Source: Eledone cirrhosa (lineage: Eukaryota). From it: DNA of 64,000 nucleotides. The DNA is taken from the NCBI GenBank assembly GCA_964016885.1, contig OZ024740.1:208506001-208570000 (forward strand). Direction: 5' to 3'. Below are positions 12,770 to 27,517 of the stretch, piece by piece (position 1 is the first letter of the stretch; each line of letters starts with the position of its first letter). Position numbers and translations under genes: made by a program. The notes below the pieces were generated by a model. It searched no databases and had not been told where the DNA came from. It worked only from the letters and a program-made list of their open reading frames with translations.

Positions 12770-13262
12770 AGGAAAACGAGGGGAAAGCAAGGACTCTAGA
12801 TAAGGAGGGAGAATGGGGTAGATTCTGGGCCTTGGGCGCGGCAGTGTTGGGGCTCCACCCTGCGAACATTTTACTTTACTTTAGGTGGATTATTTTTTAT
12901 CCTTTATATCTGCTTTTTATCCTTGATTTATATCTTTTTTTATATTAGTTTTACGTGCGAGCCGGAATGGCTTCTCCAGTACGTCTCCCTCGCCATCCTC
13001 TGGGGAAACACCTTCTCCATTCTGTCCGCGGGGGCCGCGGGGCGGCCAGCATGTGAGCCTCCGTTTCCCCGGAGGATGGTGAGGGATAGGCGCTGGAAGA
13101 GCCATTCCAGCTCGAGAGGTTCATACCTGCGGCTAGCCAACTCTGTGTCGATGGTGGTGAGTAAGGAGATGGTCCCAGGGCCCAAGGGACACTAGAAGTC
13201 TCCCCTGCAACAGGCTCGACTGCAAACCTGTCGGAGAGCAACCGATTTTTACACAGCTGGGA
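12770..13262 (-). mobile_element. CRE-like non-LTR retrotransposon 3' fragment (REL endonuclease C-terminus)
   Basis: Peptides PVAGETSSV / GPGTISLLTTIDTELASRRYEPLELEWLFQRLSLTILRGN. The 3' UTR resembles 24170-24315 and 38820-38950. Confidence 0.75.
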
Positions 13263-13519
13263 GATGGCAATTACCTTCTGTAGTCAAGATAATCCTTGAA
13301 CAGCCTAAAGTAGATCTTCCCTGTGGTGACAAGTCTCCTTTCATTCATTTACTAAACTGTTGTTTTCCATGTCTGGTTTTGTTTGTTTGTTCTTTTTAGT
13401 GGGGAAGGGGGGGTTGATAAATGGTTCTATGTATCCCCCCCCCATACCCACCTTTTTGTCTATGTAATGTCCCCTCATCTCCCAACTTTATGAGGAATAA
13501 AGAAATTATTACTAGTTAA

Positions 13520-13520
13520 C

Positions 13521-13617
<97 letters not shown>

Positions 13618-13795
13618 GGTAGTAGTAGTGGTGGTGGTGGTAGTAGTAGTAATAGTAGTGGTGGTAGTAGTAGTAATAGTAGTGGTGGTGATAGTAGTAG
13701 TAATAGTAGTGGTGGTAGTAGTAGTAATAGTAGTGGTAGTGGTAGTAGTAGTAATAGTAGTGGTGGTGGTGGTGGTAGTAGTAGTAGTAGTAGTG

Positions 13796-13873
<78 letters not shown>
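13520..13873. repeat. (AGT/GGT)n microsatellite; other (AGT)n tracts at 12307-12380 and 18177-18280
   Basis: Read directly. Confidence 0.95.
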
Positions 13874-14409
13874 CCAGACGAGACAGGAAACCAGCCACCA
13901 ACAGGGCAGTCTAAATCATCTAATCGTTTTAATATGGAAATAATAATGATCTGTTAGAGGCGGTTAATTGCCCGTGTATGAATGTGATGGGAGACAAGTT
14001 ACCTGTACAAATGGCTTACCTAGGCTACTACAACTGATGACATTATTACAACACACTCCATCGTTTTTATCTTTCATCCCCTTCCCCCTCCTTCTCTTCC
14101 TACTATGATCTAACCATATTACGCCATGTCTACTGGTTGGAAAACTGCTGACAACGCGCACATATGTTTGTATATATATATATATATATATTTACATACG
14201 TATACATATACATGCGATGGTCCTGGTTTGTCAAATTATCCCGAGTTGGTTTTCTCGTTGTTTTGGTCCTTGCGGCTGGCTTACCGGTTGCAGTCTTCAA
14301 TTTGCCAAGCTGTCAAAAACGTAATGTTTATTGAGTGCTTAGCTGTACATTCCGATTACATTCGTTAGCATGGCTGCAGCCAGAGCTTCGATTCTGTTTT
14401 ACTTCCATT

Positions 14410-15280
<871 letters not shown>

Positions 15281-16225
15281 ATACATCGTACGCATATTTC
15301 GTTATCGATCTATGTAGGGTTAGTTACAAAATATCAAATAAGGAATATATTTACCTACATGTATATCATCAGCCGTTGTCAAAAGCAATGAAAATGTTAT
15401 TCAAAATCAATAGTAAATTGAGTTCTATGACCTTATTTGGAGGTAGCTAAAGAACAAACCAATCAAATGGTTTTTTGCCATATGATGTTAAGATGAAATA
15501 TAACTCACTTTAGTTGAGGTCATGACCCTTTGAAAGGAATGGTTGAATGGTGTTAAAAATAGAATTACTATAAAGAACCTATGAAGAAAAAGGAATTGTT
15601 ATATTGATAGTGGAATGTAGATGGTGGAGTGAAGTTTAAAAAGGAATGTAAAAATTAAATGTTGAGTTGTGTTGTATGGAATTTTTAGGTGAATATAAAT
15701 AAGTAAATATAAAATATACAGAAATAACTAGGATAAATATAGATAGGTAAAGTAATAGTCATAACTAGGAAGGATAGTATATTAAAAGATGAAAATTATA
15801 ATAAGATAATTAAATATAATAATATAATGATATAATGTAATATAATATAGTACCGTACGGTACATTGTATATTGTATAATATAGCGTATGATGCATCATA
15901 AAATATAAAATAGTAAATAATGTCAAGTGAGTCTATGTATAAGTAATCAAACTCAGATAAATGCATGTTGACATATAGTCAAAACGTATAATTTTCTTAG
16001 ATCACAAAAGTACATATATTCACATATATAGATAGAGGTATAGTTACATTGATACTCCATTAAAAACATACATACGCATACATAGATATAAACATATACA
16101 AATACATACATACGCGTACACAAACACACACATATATATATATATATATACACTTATACATGTACATACACATACATGTACATACACATATACACACACA
16201 TACACATATACACACATATACACAC

Positions 16226-16281
<56 letters not shown>

Positions 16282-16532
16282 TCTTATCATACATACATAG
16301 ATACATGCAATTAAAGGTGGTTATGCTCCTTGATGCCCTTAGTCAGTAACGCATGAATCTATGGAAGCTAAAAAATTAAAAGGTTAAAAAATTAAAAAAT
16401 AAACAGGAAGGCGTATAATTTGGGGAAGGGGATACTAACAAATGGTACGTCACATAGAACTATAGTGAGTTGCTATTTAGAATGTTTAATTAGGTTTATA
16501 GTACTTAAATGTTTTTCGTATACAGTGATTAC

Positions 16533-17049
16533 AAGCTATAATCAGTTCCTGTCTTTTATTCAATAAATCCTCTTTAGATTTAGTAATTTCCAAGATCTCC
16601 CCGGAACATAATCTGCATTCTCTCCTGTTCCCAAGATATAGAGTTCTTTGCAGAATGGTATTCCACGATACCTTGAAATCTATTTTTTTTTTTTTTATAG
16701 TTATTTACTGCTTCGGCTAAAGATGTGGTGTTAGCTAGTTTAGTATTGTTAAAGCTACTGGAGTGTGCGTAATATCTTTTCTTAAATGTGTTCGATGTAG
16801 ATGCTATATACGATTTGTTGGAGTCAGTAGTAGACACAGTGCATTTATATATTACATTATTAATCAAACAGTTACCATTTAAGGGGCAAACGCTTCTATT
16901 TCTGTAAGATGGTTGTCGGGGGTACCTACATAATTCTCATTAATCCTTGAGCTATTCTTATTGTAATTAATGTTAGAGAGAGAATGAGTGCTGCTTTGTG
17001 GGTGATTTAGTGCTGGGATTGTATTGTGATTTTGTGTTATGTTGTTTTT
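16533..17049 (-). pseudogene. Penelope-like element GIY-YIG endonuclease fragment (left arm of palindrome)
   Basis: CPLNGNCLINNVIYKCTVST..SYIASTSNTFKKRYYAH..CRLC: VIY/YIG motif, conserved R/H, Cys motifs. Frameshifted. Confidence 0.85.
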
Positions 17050-17224
17050 GTGTTGGTGATGTGGGTGGTTGTGTTTTCCAGGTTGAAGGATTGTATTATT
17101 TGTCCTTTTAAAAGGTGCAGTCTTATTTAAATTATGCTGTGGTGGTGTGGTCATATTATTTTTAGATTTATAAATGTGGTAGTTGCTTATTTTTTGCTGG
17201 AGATTGTCTGATGTAGAGTATGAG

Positions 17225-17741
17225 AAAAACAACATAACACAAAATCACAATACAACCCCAGCACTAAATCACCCACAAAGCAGCACTCATTCTCTCTCTA
17301 ACATTAATTACAATAAGAATAGCTCAAGGATTAATGAGAATTATGTAGGTACCCCCAACAATCATCTTACAGAAATAGAAGCGTTTGCCCCTTAAATGGC
17401 AACTGTTTGATTAATAATGTAATATATAAATGCACTGTGTCTACTACTGACTCCAACAAATCGTATATAGGATCTACGTCGAACACATTTAAGAAAAAAT
17501 ATTACGCACACTCCAGTAGCTTTAACAATACTAAACTAGCTAATACCACATCTTTAGCCGAAGAAGTAAATAACTATAAAAAGAAATAAAATAGATTTCA
17601 AGTTATTGTGGAATACCATTCTGCAAAGAACTCTATATCTTGGGAACAGGAGAGAATGCAGATTATGTTCCGGGGAGATCTTGGAAATTACTAAATCTAA
17701 GGAAAATTTATTGAATAAAAGACAGGAACTGATTATAGCTT
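17225..17741 (+). pseudogene. Penelope-like element GIY-YIG endonuclease fragment (right arm of palindrome)
   Basis: CPLNGNCLINNVIYKCTV..SYIGSTSNTFKKKYYAH..WNTI..CRLCSGE..LLNKRQEL. Near-identical inverted copy of 16533-17049. Confidence 0.85.
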
Positions 17742-18002
17742 TGTCAGTGTTGAACAAACGAGCAACGATGGTTGCTGGACACTACGGCTTAATACGGGAT
17801 GTTTGTTTACAAACACACCGAGCATTATAATAAATGTTCGATGAATCCATACGTGCATATATATATGTGTGCATGTATGTATATATATATACATACTACT
17901 GTACGTCTGTATACATATATGCATGTACGTGTACATACTTATATTTAAGTAACAGCCGTACTAAGAGTGGGAAATGAAATTTCGTTTCATTTTTTTCCGT
18001 TT
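17741..18002 (+). mobile_element. Family A element copy starting just downstream of its HHR cleavage site
   Basis: Begins ttgtcagtgttgaacaaacg and ends tttcattttttttccgttt(ta)n. Confidence 0.8.
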
Positions 18003-18175
18003 ATATATATATATAAATAAATAAATATATATATATATATATATTTATTTATTTATTTATTTATAAATAAATATATATATATATATATGTAAATATGTAT
18101 ACATGCATATATATATAGGGGTGGTGTATATGTGTATATATATATATATGTATGTATATATTTGTATATATGTGT

Positions 18176-18280
<105 letters not shown>

Positions 18281-18488
18281 AAAAGAAACCTGTCGATGTT
18301 GAAATCAGTATTCCAAATGTTTGATCATCAACTGAAGTGTTTTATCATTCTGACATTGTGTAGATGGGAGAGAGTATTTCGGTTGGATCTCCAAGCAAGA
18401 CCTAATTGTTAATGTTTGAACCCCTCTGAACCCTGTTTGTGGTCCTGAGATACGCAACCTTTGTGCGTTCATTTCTGGCAGAAGCCCA

Positions 18489-20743
18489 TTTAACAGTTAG
18501 TATGTGTTATTGTTAGTAGCGCCACGAGTGACCAGTTCTGTAGAAAGATGTGGTAAGAACATCGACAACGACTTTGTCTTGTTTTACATTATTTATTAAC
18601 AAGGTTGAGCTATGTAGAGCTGAGTAGAGCAGGCATGCCAAGAGTAATAAAACAAACGAATTAAGGATTTCAGAAGGCATGGTCCACTGGCTGAAGTGTT
18701 GCCAGGCCGTGGTTAAGTTGTTGTGTTACATGTTGGCTAGTGATTTCACGACGAAAGAAAGTTAGTTGTTTACCTTTTTACAGTCATGATGCGAGAGACA
18801 GATTTCTCAAATCAACGCGGGAATGTTTCCCTCGGGGCGCGTAGAGATACATTCTCTTCTACTGTCGCTGATTGGCTGAGCTGAGCCAAATCACGCACAG
18901 AGAATGTATGTGAGCCCGCGGAATGTAGGTCACTACAATACTCCCCCTCTAGTCGTAAGACGATACAGATTATTGAATCAGCAGGAAAAAATGCTGAAAG
19001 AGCACATCAGTGAAAAAATAATTGAGGCGGTAAGGACCGTGTTGAGCTACTGTGTCAAATGACTAGCTGTTTTGTAGTTTATACGTGACCACGAGGGGTC
19101 TAACAGAAAACGGATAAAGTCTGACATGGGCGAAGTTGCTGTTCTTGCATTAAATGTTAATAGTAAGTGCTGTACCAGTAGCTGTGGGAGAAGCTGTTAT
19201 GGTAGTTTACCAGTGCTGGCAAGAAGATGATGGGTAGGCGAGAAAATGTCGGCCTCCCAGATGTATTGCCGAAAGTGCTAGGCAGCCAGGAAAAAATGGC
19301 TGGTTGCTTTGAAAAGAAAAAAAGCAAGTTGAATCTGTAGGTGGGTAGTAGTTGAAATGTAAATTCCATAATTCTGGCGAATCCATAGAAATGGTAGAAA
19401 TGCTGACAGGTCCAGTTCCATTTGTTGTTTTCCCAGTGAGTCGGGTAAGGTAACAAGATGGAGGTTGTTATGGACGATGAGTGTACAACGAGATGCGAAA
19501 CTGTTTGAATCCAGCTGCAATTAGCATTCTCGTGTTGCGGTGCAGGTGAATTAAGCTGCAAAGTATCGATAGCATGTTTGGTGTCTCCACAAGGTGAGAA
19601 GGGATCTCGCAGAATTTTATGACGTTTGAATACCATACACTAAGAACAACATGTTGGTGTGTGTCAAAGAAATGTGTGTGCATATGCAGGCATGTAATAC
19701 AGCAAAGAATGTGTGGGTGCAGTCATATATATAATGATAGAGAGAAAAAAAATGAATTTTCATATAATACGGTTTTTAAAAAAAATGTCCAAACATTGCC
19801 TGTAAAAAAAAGAAAGAAAGAATTGTTTCTTAACACATAGTTCGCTTTTTCTTTTCTTTAGGATCGTTCTTAGTAGGAAGCTAGTAGAGTTGTTATTGTT
19901 AAAGCAAAGTCACAGTGAATCTTCTGTAGAATCACCAATATGCCAGTCACGTCTGACGCCATAGTGGTGAGAAGACTGATGTCTTAATTTCTCGAGTCCC
20001 TGTGGTAACGAGACAGACGGTATGGTGGTTGCGTCGGTAAAGTTACAAGGCTGCCACATCGCTATTCCCTGGTGTTGGTTAGTAGTTAACCATGTGTTGT
20101 CGCTGCTGTTGATGTATTTGGTAGTGGTGATAGCCATGTGTTGCTGCTGGTGGCTGGTAGTAGAGAAGTACTTGGTGGTAGCCATTTTGAAATTTCCTCG
20201 TGGCGTAAATTATTTTTTGAAATACTGGTAATTTCTTTTTTTATTTTAAAAGGAATATTTTGTATAAAAAATATTCCTCACATCAGGTCACCAATTTAAC
20301 AGTCAATATGTGTTATTGTTAGTAGCGCCACGAGTGAGCAGTTCTGTAGAAAGATGTGGTAAGAACATCGACAACGACTTTGTCTTGTTTTACATTATTT
20401 ATTAACAAGGTTGAGCTATGTAGAGCTGAGTAGAGCAGACATGCCAAGAGTAATAAAACAAACGAATTAAGGATTTCAGAAAGCATGGTCCACTGGCTGA
20501 AGTGCTGCCAGGCCGTGGTTAAGTTGTTGTGTTACATGTTGGCTAGTGATTTCACGACGAAAGAAAGTTAATTGTTTACCTTTTTACAGTCATGATGCGA
20601 GAGACAGATTTCTCAAATCAACGCGGGAATTTTTCCCTCAGGGCGCGTAGAGATACATTCTCTTCTACTGGCGCTGATTGGCTGAGCTGAGCCAAATCAC
20701 GCACAGAGAATGTATGTGAGCCCGCGGAATGTAAGCCACTACA
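18489..20743 (-). mobile_element. Non-autonomous Gypsy-type LTR element (two 449-bp LTRs, 1.36-kb internal region)
   Basis: Highly similar direct repeats at 18489-18937 and 20295-20743. On the minus strand the LTR starts TGTAGT. PBS TGGTGACCTGATGTG (tRNA-Trp-like) at ~20279-20293. Polypurine tract AGAGGGGGAG at ~18941-18950. 4-bp TSD CCCA. No pol motifs. Confidence 0.9.
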
Positions 20744-21174
20744 CCCACATAACAACTAACCACCTTATCTGCAACTTAATCCCTATATCTGCTGGTCGTA
20801 TCGCTATCTGTTATCTGCAACACATTCTGTAGCAAAACAGTTCTGAGAAAGACATTATTTATAAATAGGATCTATACCTGATACAAGATATTATTACCTT
20901 CCTATACAGTATAGCATTATTGCTAAAACAATATACAATGCTAATTATTGGAAGGACTGACCTGGAACTAATTTAAGAAATACTTCTAACTGTTTAACAT
21001 TGGGTATTGATAGAACACTCCTAATAAAAGTTACGCTAAAATGTCAACACATGTCTAACAAAATTGTTTAGAAGATAAAACAAAAACCATGTACTACTGA
21101 GAAAGTCAGCTGGCAAACGGATGTGAACATTTCTTTAAAAATCAATATGAAACAAAACACTTAAACACAACTGA

Positions 21175-21520
21175 GTCTGTAACGAATTGGCAGAGTCGTT
21201 ACAGCGTAGGACAAAATACCGAGAAGTATGTCTCTGAGTTCAAATCGCCGCCCAGTCAACTTTGCCTTTCATCTTTTTTTAGGGTCGATAAAATAAAGTA
21301 CCAGTCCAGGGCAGTGGATTAACGGAATGGTTAGAGTGGTGGACAATTGCTTTGCAAAGAATCGGTAATTGTTCCGATTCTTTGCGTTCAGAGTTCCAAT
21401 TTCTCTCTGGTCTACCTGTGTGGTAAACTCAATTCGTCGCCTGGTTTAACATCACCAAGTGGAGTTCGTTATATTGCAAGCATTTGGGCTAGATTTGTTG
21501 TTTAGGAATACCTTCTTCCA
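21175..21520 (+). mobile_element. Two abutting SINE fragments
   Basis: ctgagttcaaatcgccg..gggtcgataaaataaagtaccagt, followed by a second degenerate head. Confidence 0.7.
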
Positions 21521-21744
21521 GAGGCCCTGAAAATTATAACCTACACAGATTATGCATTTGTAGTTGTATCTCTAGCCAGTGGTCGTGTTCAAACATTGAA
21601 GTGTTTCTTTCAGTCTAACGAAAGAAAAACAAATCCAACAATTGTCTATGTTGCTATATCCTGATATTAGTTAATTACTTACTTGTGGTGTCTCCCAATT
21701 GAGAGATCATAGCTCTGATACTATATACATGTGGTTAGATTGTT

Positions 21745-21908
21745 TCAGGAAAGAATCGCTGGACAGATTTTACGGACGAAACCAAAATCAATGAGCTTGG
21801 AGATCCAGCCAGATCAGTTGGAGATGGTTGCTTCTGAGAAGACCCACTGAAGGGAGTGTTTGAGGACTCTGTCCGCACGACCCTCCCAGAAATAAGTGGG
21901 CGAAGAAG

Positions 21909-21938
<30 letters not shown>
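21745..21938 (+). mobile_element. Retroposon 3' end with (GAA)n tail; related copies at 36730-36805 and 48240-48468
   Basis: Shared sequence agttggagatggttgcttctga..ggactctg..aataagtgggcgaagaagaa. Confidence 0.65.
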
Positions 21939-21939
<1 letters not shown>

Positions 21940-22115
21940 GATGTCATTTTCTTGTTCCGCTTAAACATTAGTTTCTGTCTACCCAATTTCATTAACAATG
22001 ATTGGGTTGACCTGACCCTTTAGTAAAAGACACCTATGATGCCACTGAAGGGTATCGACCTCTCAACCTCATAATTGTGAAGCAATCTTCCTAACCATTC
22101 GGCCATGCTACAGCC

Positions 22116-22243
22116 AATTGCTGGATTTACCGTTGTGTTTAAGCACAGGGCTCCTTTGGTCAGAGGGGCGGGGCATTTTTTACGAGTAATGGATCTCATA
22201 ACTTAACTAGCACAGGGCCCCGTTTGTCCTAAATCCGGCACTG
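22116..22243. mobile_element. hAT-like MITE with 8-bp TSD
   Basis: Terminal inverted repeats (TIRs) aattgctggattta / taaatccggcactg. CTACAGCC is duplicated at 22108-22115 and 22244-22251. Confidence 0.8.
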
Positions 22244-22545
22244 CTACAGCCATATATTATGGGGTGGGCTGGGAGGCAGTTCTGATCTCAGAACGTGAAA
22301 TAACATAATTAAATGTCGAACGACATTAGCTCTGGCAATCTATTAGTTCTGAGTTCAAATTCCACCAGGATTAACTTTAACTTTCATATTTTCCTGGTCG
22401 ATAAACTAAATTACTAACCTAAGGTAATAGATAGGCAAACTTATTAAATGCTGGACAATATGACTTGTAGTATTTCTTCTGGTATCTTACGTTCTGAGTT
22501 CTAATCTCACCATAACTTACTTCAGTAGGAGACCTTTAATATATT

Positions 22546-22764
22546 GGTTTCTTATATAGGCACAAGGCCAGCAATTTTGGGGGAAGAGGAAAGTCGATTA
22601 CATCGACCCCAGTGCGTGACTGGTACTTTATTTTATCGACCCCGTAAGGATGAAAGGCAAAGTTAACCTCGGCGGGATTTGAACTCAGATCATAAAAGGA
22701 CGTAACTCTATGCTGCAAAGCATGGCGTCCGACCCTCTACCGATACAGCCAATCCACCGCCCTC
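22546..22764 (-). mobile_element. Full-length tRNA-derived SINE with 17-bp TSD
   Basis: Reverse complement of the 2138 family. gagacctttaatatatt occurs at 22529-22545 and 22765-22781. Confidence 0.9.
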
Positions 22765-23412
22765 GAGACCTTTAATATATTAGCAAGTCAAACACCACTA
22801 TCTTAACCTTAGATAGCTTTGGTATTGTCAGGGCCTATGAGAGGGGAGGGGGTCCAGCCGGTACTTTGTTCCGGGGCCCAAAAGCTAAGAAGGCTCCACA
22901 GCAACCATGCAATATCCATTTTGAGAAAAATATTTGCCTGCTTCGAGCTCCAAAAGAGTCTTGTACCGCCTTGCAAAATTTTTCCTGAGTACAGCCCACT
23001 CTGTTGCAAACATTTAATCCAGGTCTCTAGTTTGAGGATACCTTCAAATCTTCCTCCCTCTTTCTCTCCCTCACCCCATTTCCAGTCGACCTGAAAGAAT
23101 CATAGACGCTGCCCTTATCTCCCTAACTGAACAGTAAAAAACATAATCTGCTGGATCTCCCGCTAGAAGACAAGGACTTGTAACAACATGTCTTCTGCTA
23201 TTTGATCAATTTTGAAAGCAATCACGTAAATAATATGGCTATATTAATATTGAGAAATGTTAGACATTTGGGAAGAGAAATATATGAAAGTAAAATGGTT
23301 GTTTTTGATAATATTTCATCTGAAGATTAATGAGAATGGAGGGGAGGGAGTCGAGTCGCTGGAGAGCGGCGGGGCATATATATGTTGTATAAATAACAGG
23401 GGGTAAATATCT

Positions 23413-23665
23413 TGTGGTAGTGGTGGTGATGGTGGTAGTGGTGGCGGTGGCGGTGGCGGTGGCGGTGGCGGTAGTAGTGATGGTGGTGATGGTGATGGTG
23501 GTGGCGATGGTGGTGTTGATTGTGGTGGTGATGGCGGTAGTAGTGATGGTGGTGGTGATAGTGATGGTGATGGTGGTGGCGGTGGCGATAGTAGTGGTCA
23601 TGGTGATGGTGGCGGTGGTGGTGTTGATGGTGGTGGTGATGGCGGTAGTAGTGATGGTGGTGGTT
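23413..23665. repeat. (GGT/GAT/GGC)n low-complexity tract; similar tract at 42075-42345
   Basis: Read directly. Confidence 0.9.
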
Positions 23666-23894
23666 TAATTTCTCACATATACTTTACTCACTCTCTCACT
23701 ATTTCCCCCACACACCCTACCCCTATCATTCTAGCATTATTCTCATTGTTAGTCACACCACCAGCACCCCCACCACCGTAAATATGGGGTGATGGTGGTG
23801 GAGTGTGTTAGACCCTGTGGTAACGTGTTGTGACGTGAACACCTCCCTCGTGTTATATGACAGCTGACTTATAATGTAGATAAATTGTCTTCTG

Positions 23895-23968
<74 letters not shown>

Positions 23969-24164
23969 ACGCAGATCACACGGGTACCCAGAGAATTGCG
24001 ATTGCCCCTACCTATGCTACACCTTGTCTTCTCATGAATGAGACAACTACAGAAGAATAGTTATTTGTCTTAGGTATATAGTTGATCACCTAAATATGTT
24101 AGATTAAGAAAAATATTAAAAAATCATAAACAAATCTACTTCAAATAACAACACTACAGATATT

Positions 24165-24312
24165 TAGAAACGGAAAATGAAGGGAAGGGCAAGGACTCTA
24201 GGGTCACAGAAGAATGGGAGGGGGAAGATGGGGTGATGGGCTCTAGGCCTAGGGTGCGGTTGTATTGGGGATGTACCCCACGGACAAGAGCGCAAAAGCA
24301 TTTCCGTGGATA
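24165..24312 (-). mobile_element. CRE-like LINE 3' end fragment
   Basis: ggtgatgggctctaggcctagggtgcggt..caaaagcatt matches 38870-38945. Confidence 0.7.
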
Positions 24313-26457
24313 ACTGTGTTGGATGAATAGTTTATATGTGTGTTGGATAAATAGTTTATATGTGCGTTAGATAAATAGTTTATATGTATGTTAGATAAAT
24401 AGTTTATATGTGTGTTAGATAAATAGTTTATATGTATGTTAGATAAATAGTTTATATATGTGTGTTGGATAAATAGTTTATATGTATGTTAGATAAATAG
24501 TTTATATATGTGTGTTAGATAAATAGTTTATATGTATGTTAGATAAATAGTTTATATGTATGTTAGATAAATAGTTTATATGTGTGTTAGATAAATAGTT
24601 TATATGTATGTTAGATAAATAGTTTATATGTGTGTTAGATAAATAGTTTATATGTATGTTAGATAAATAGTTTATATATGTGTGTTAGATAAATAGTTTA
24701 TATGTATGTTAGATAAATTGTTTATATATGTGTGTTAGATAAATAGTTTATATGTATGTTAGATAAATTGTTTATATATGTGTGTTGGATAAATAGTTTA
24801 TATGTATGTTAGATAAATTGTTTATATATGTGTGTTAGATAAATAGTTTATATGTATGTTAGATAAATAGTTTATATGTGTGTGTTAGATAAATAGTTTA
24901 TATGTGTGTTAGATAAATAGTTTATATATGTGTGTTAGATAAATAGTTTATATGTATGTTAGATAAATAGTTTATATATGTGTGTTAGATAAATAGTTTA
25001 TATATGTGTGTTAGATAAATAGTTTATATATGTGTGTTAGATAAATAGTTTATATGTATGTTAGATAAATAGTTTATATATGTGTGTTAGATAAATAGTT
25101 TATATGTATGTTAGATAAATAGTTTATATGTATGTTAGATAAATAGTTTATATGTGTGTTAGATAAATAGTTTATATGTGTGTTAGATAAATAGTTTATA
25201 TATGTGTGTTAGATAAATAGTTTATATGTATGTTAGATAAATAGTTTATATGTGTGTTAGATAAATAGTTTATATGTGTGTTAGATAAATAGTTTATATG
25301 TGTGTTAGATAAATAGTTTATATATGTGTGTTAGATAAATAGTTTATATATGTGTGTTAGATAAATAGTTTATATGTATGTTAGATAAATAGTTTATATG
25401 TGTGTTAGATAAATAGTTTATATATGTGTGTTAGATAAATAGTTTATATGTATGTTAGATAAATAGTTTATATGTGTGTTAGATAAATAGTTTATATGTG
25501 TGTTAGATAAATAGTTTATATATGTGTGTTAGATAAATAGTTTATATGTATGTTAGATAAATAGTTTATATGTATGTTAGATAAATAGTTTATATGTATG
25601 TTAGATAAATAGTTTATATGTGTGTTAGATAAATAGTTTATATGTGTGTTAGATAAATAGTTTATATGTGTGTTAGATAAATAGTTTATATATGTGTGTT
25701 AGATAAATAGTTTATATATGTGTGTTAGATAAATAGTTTATATGTATGTTAGATAAATAGTTTATATGTGTGTTAGATAAATAGTTTATATATGTGTGTT
25801 AGATAAATAGTTTATATGTATGTTAGATAAATAGTTTATATATGTGTTTTAGATAAATAGTTTATATGTATGTTAGATAAATAGTTTATATATGTGTGTT
25901 AGATAAATAGTTTATATATGTGTGTTAGATAAATAGTTTATATGTATGTTAGATAAATAGTTTATATATGTGTGTTAGATAAATAGTTTATATGTATGTT
26001 AGATAAATAGTTTATATGTATGTTAGATAAATAGTTTATATATGTGTGTTAGATAAATAGTTTATATGTATGTTAGATAAATAGTTTATATATGTGTGTT
26101 GGATAAATAGTTTATATGTGTTAGATAAATAGTTTATATGCATTTAAAAGCATTTCCGCGGATAACTATGTTGGATAAATATTTTATATGTGTGTTGGAT
26201 AAGTAGTTTATATATATGTTGGATAACTAGTTTATATATGTGTGTTGGATAAATAGGTTATATGTGTTAAATAAATAGTTTATATGTATGTTAGATAAAT
26301 AGTTTATATGTATGTTAGATAAATAGTTTATATGTATGTTAGATAAATAGTTTATATATGTGTATTAGATAAATAGTTTATATGTGTGTTGGATAAATAG
26401 TTTATATGTGTGTTAGATAAATAGTTTATATATGTGTTACATAAAGAGTTTATAACT

Positions 26458-26541
<84 letters not shown>

Positions 26542-27517
26542 CTGAGTTACATATATAGTTGACTGCTTTAAATAAATAGTTGGTATGTGTTTGTTAGATA
26601 AATAGTTTATTACTGTTAGATATATAATTTATAACTGTGTTACATAAATAGTTGATAACTGTGATATATAGATATATAGTTTATAACTGTGTTAGATATA
26701 CAGTTTATAACTGTGTTACATATATAGTTGATAACTGTGTTAGATATATAGTTTATAACTGTGTTACATATATAGTTGATAACAGTGTTGCATAAATAGT
26801 TGATAACTGTGATATATAGATATATAGTATATAACTGTGTTAGATATATAGTTTATAACTGTGTTACATATATAGTTGATAACTGTGTTACATATATAGT
26901 TGATAATGTGTTACATAAATAGTTGATAACTGTGTTAGATAGATTAAATAGTTGATAACTGTGATATATAGATATATAGTATATAACTGTGTTAGTTATA
27001 TAGTATATAACTGTGTTAGATATATAGTTTAGAACTGTGTTACATATATAGTTGATAACTGTGTTACATATATAGTTTATAACTGTGTTACATATATAGT
27101 TGATAACTGTGTTAGATATATAGTTTATAACTGTGTTAGATATATAGTTTATAACTGTGTTAGATAAATAGTTTATAACTGTGTTGTATATATAGTTGAT
27201 AACGGTTTTAGATATATAGTTAATAACTGTGTTAGATATATAGTTTATAACTGTGTTGCATAAATAGTTGATAACTATGATATATAGATATATATAGTTT
27301 ATAACTGTGTTAGATATATAGTTTATAACTGTGTTAGATATATAGTCTATAACTGTGTTAGATATATAGTTTATAACTGTGTTAGATATATAGTTTATAA
27401 CTGTGTTAGATATATAGTCTATAACTGTGTTAGATATATAGTTTATAACTGTGTTACATATATAGTTGATTACTGTGTTAGATAGATAGTTTATAACTGT
27501 GTTAGATATATAGTTTA

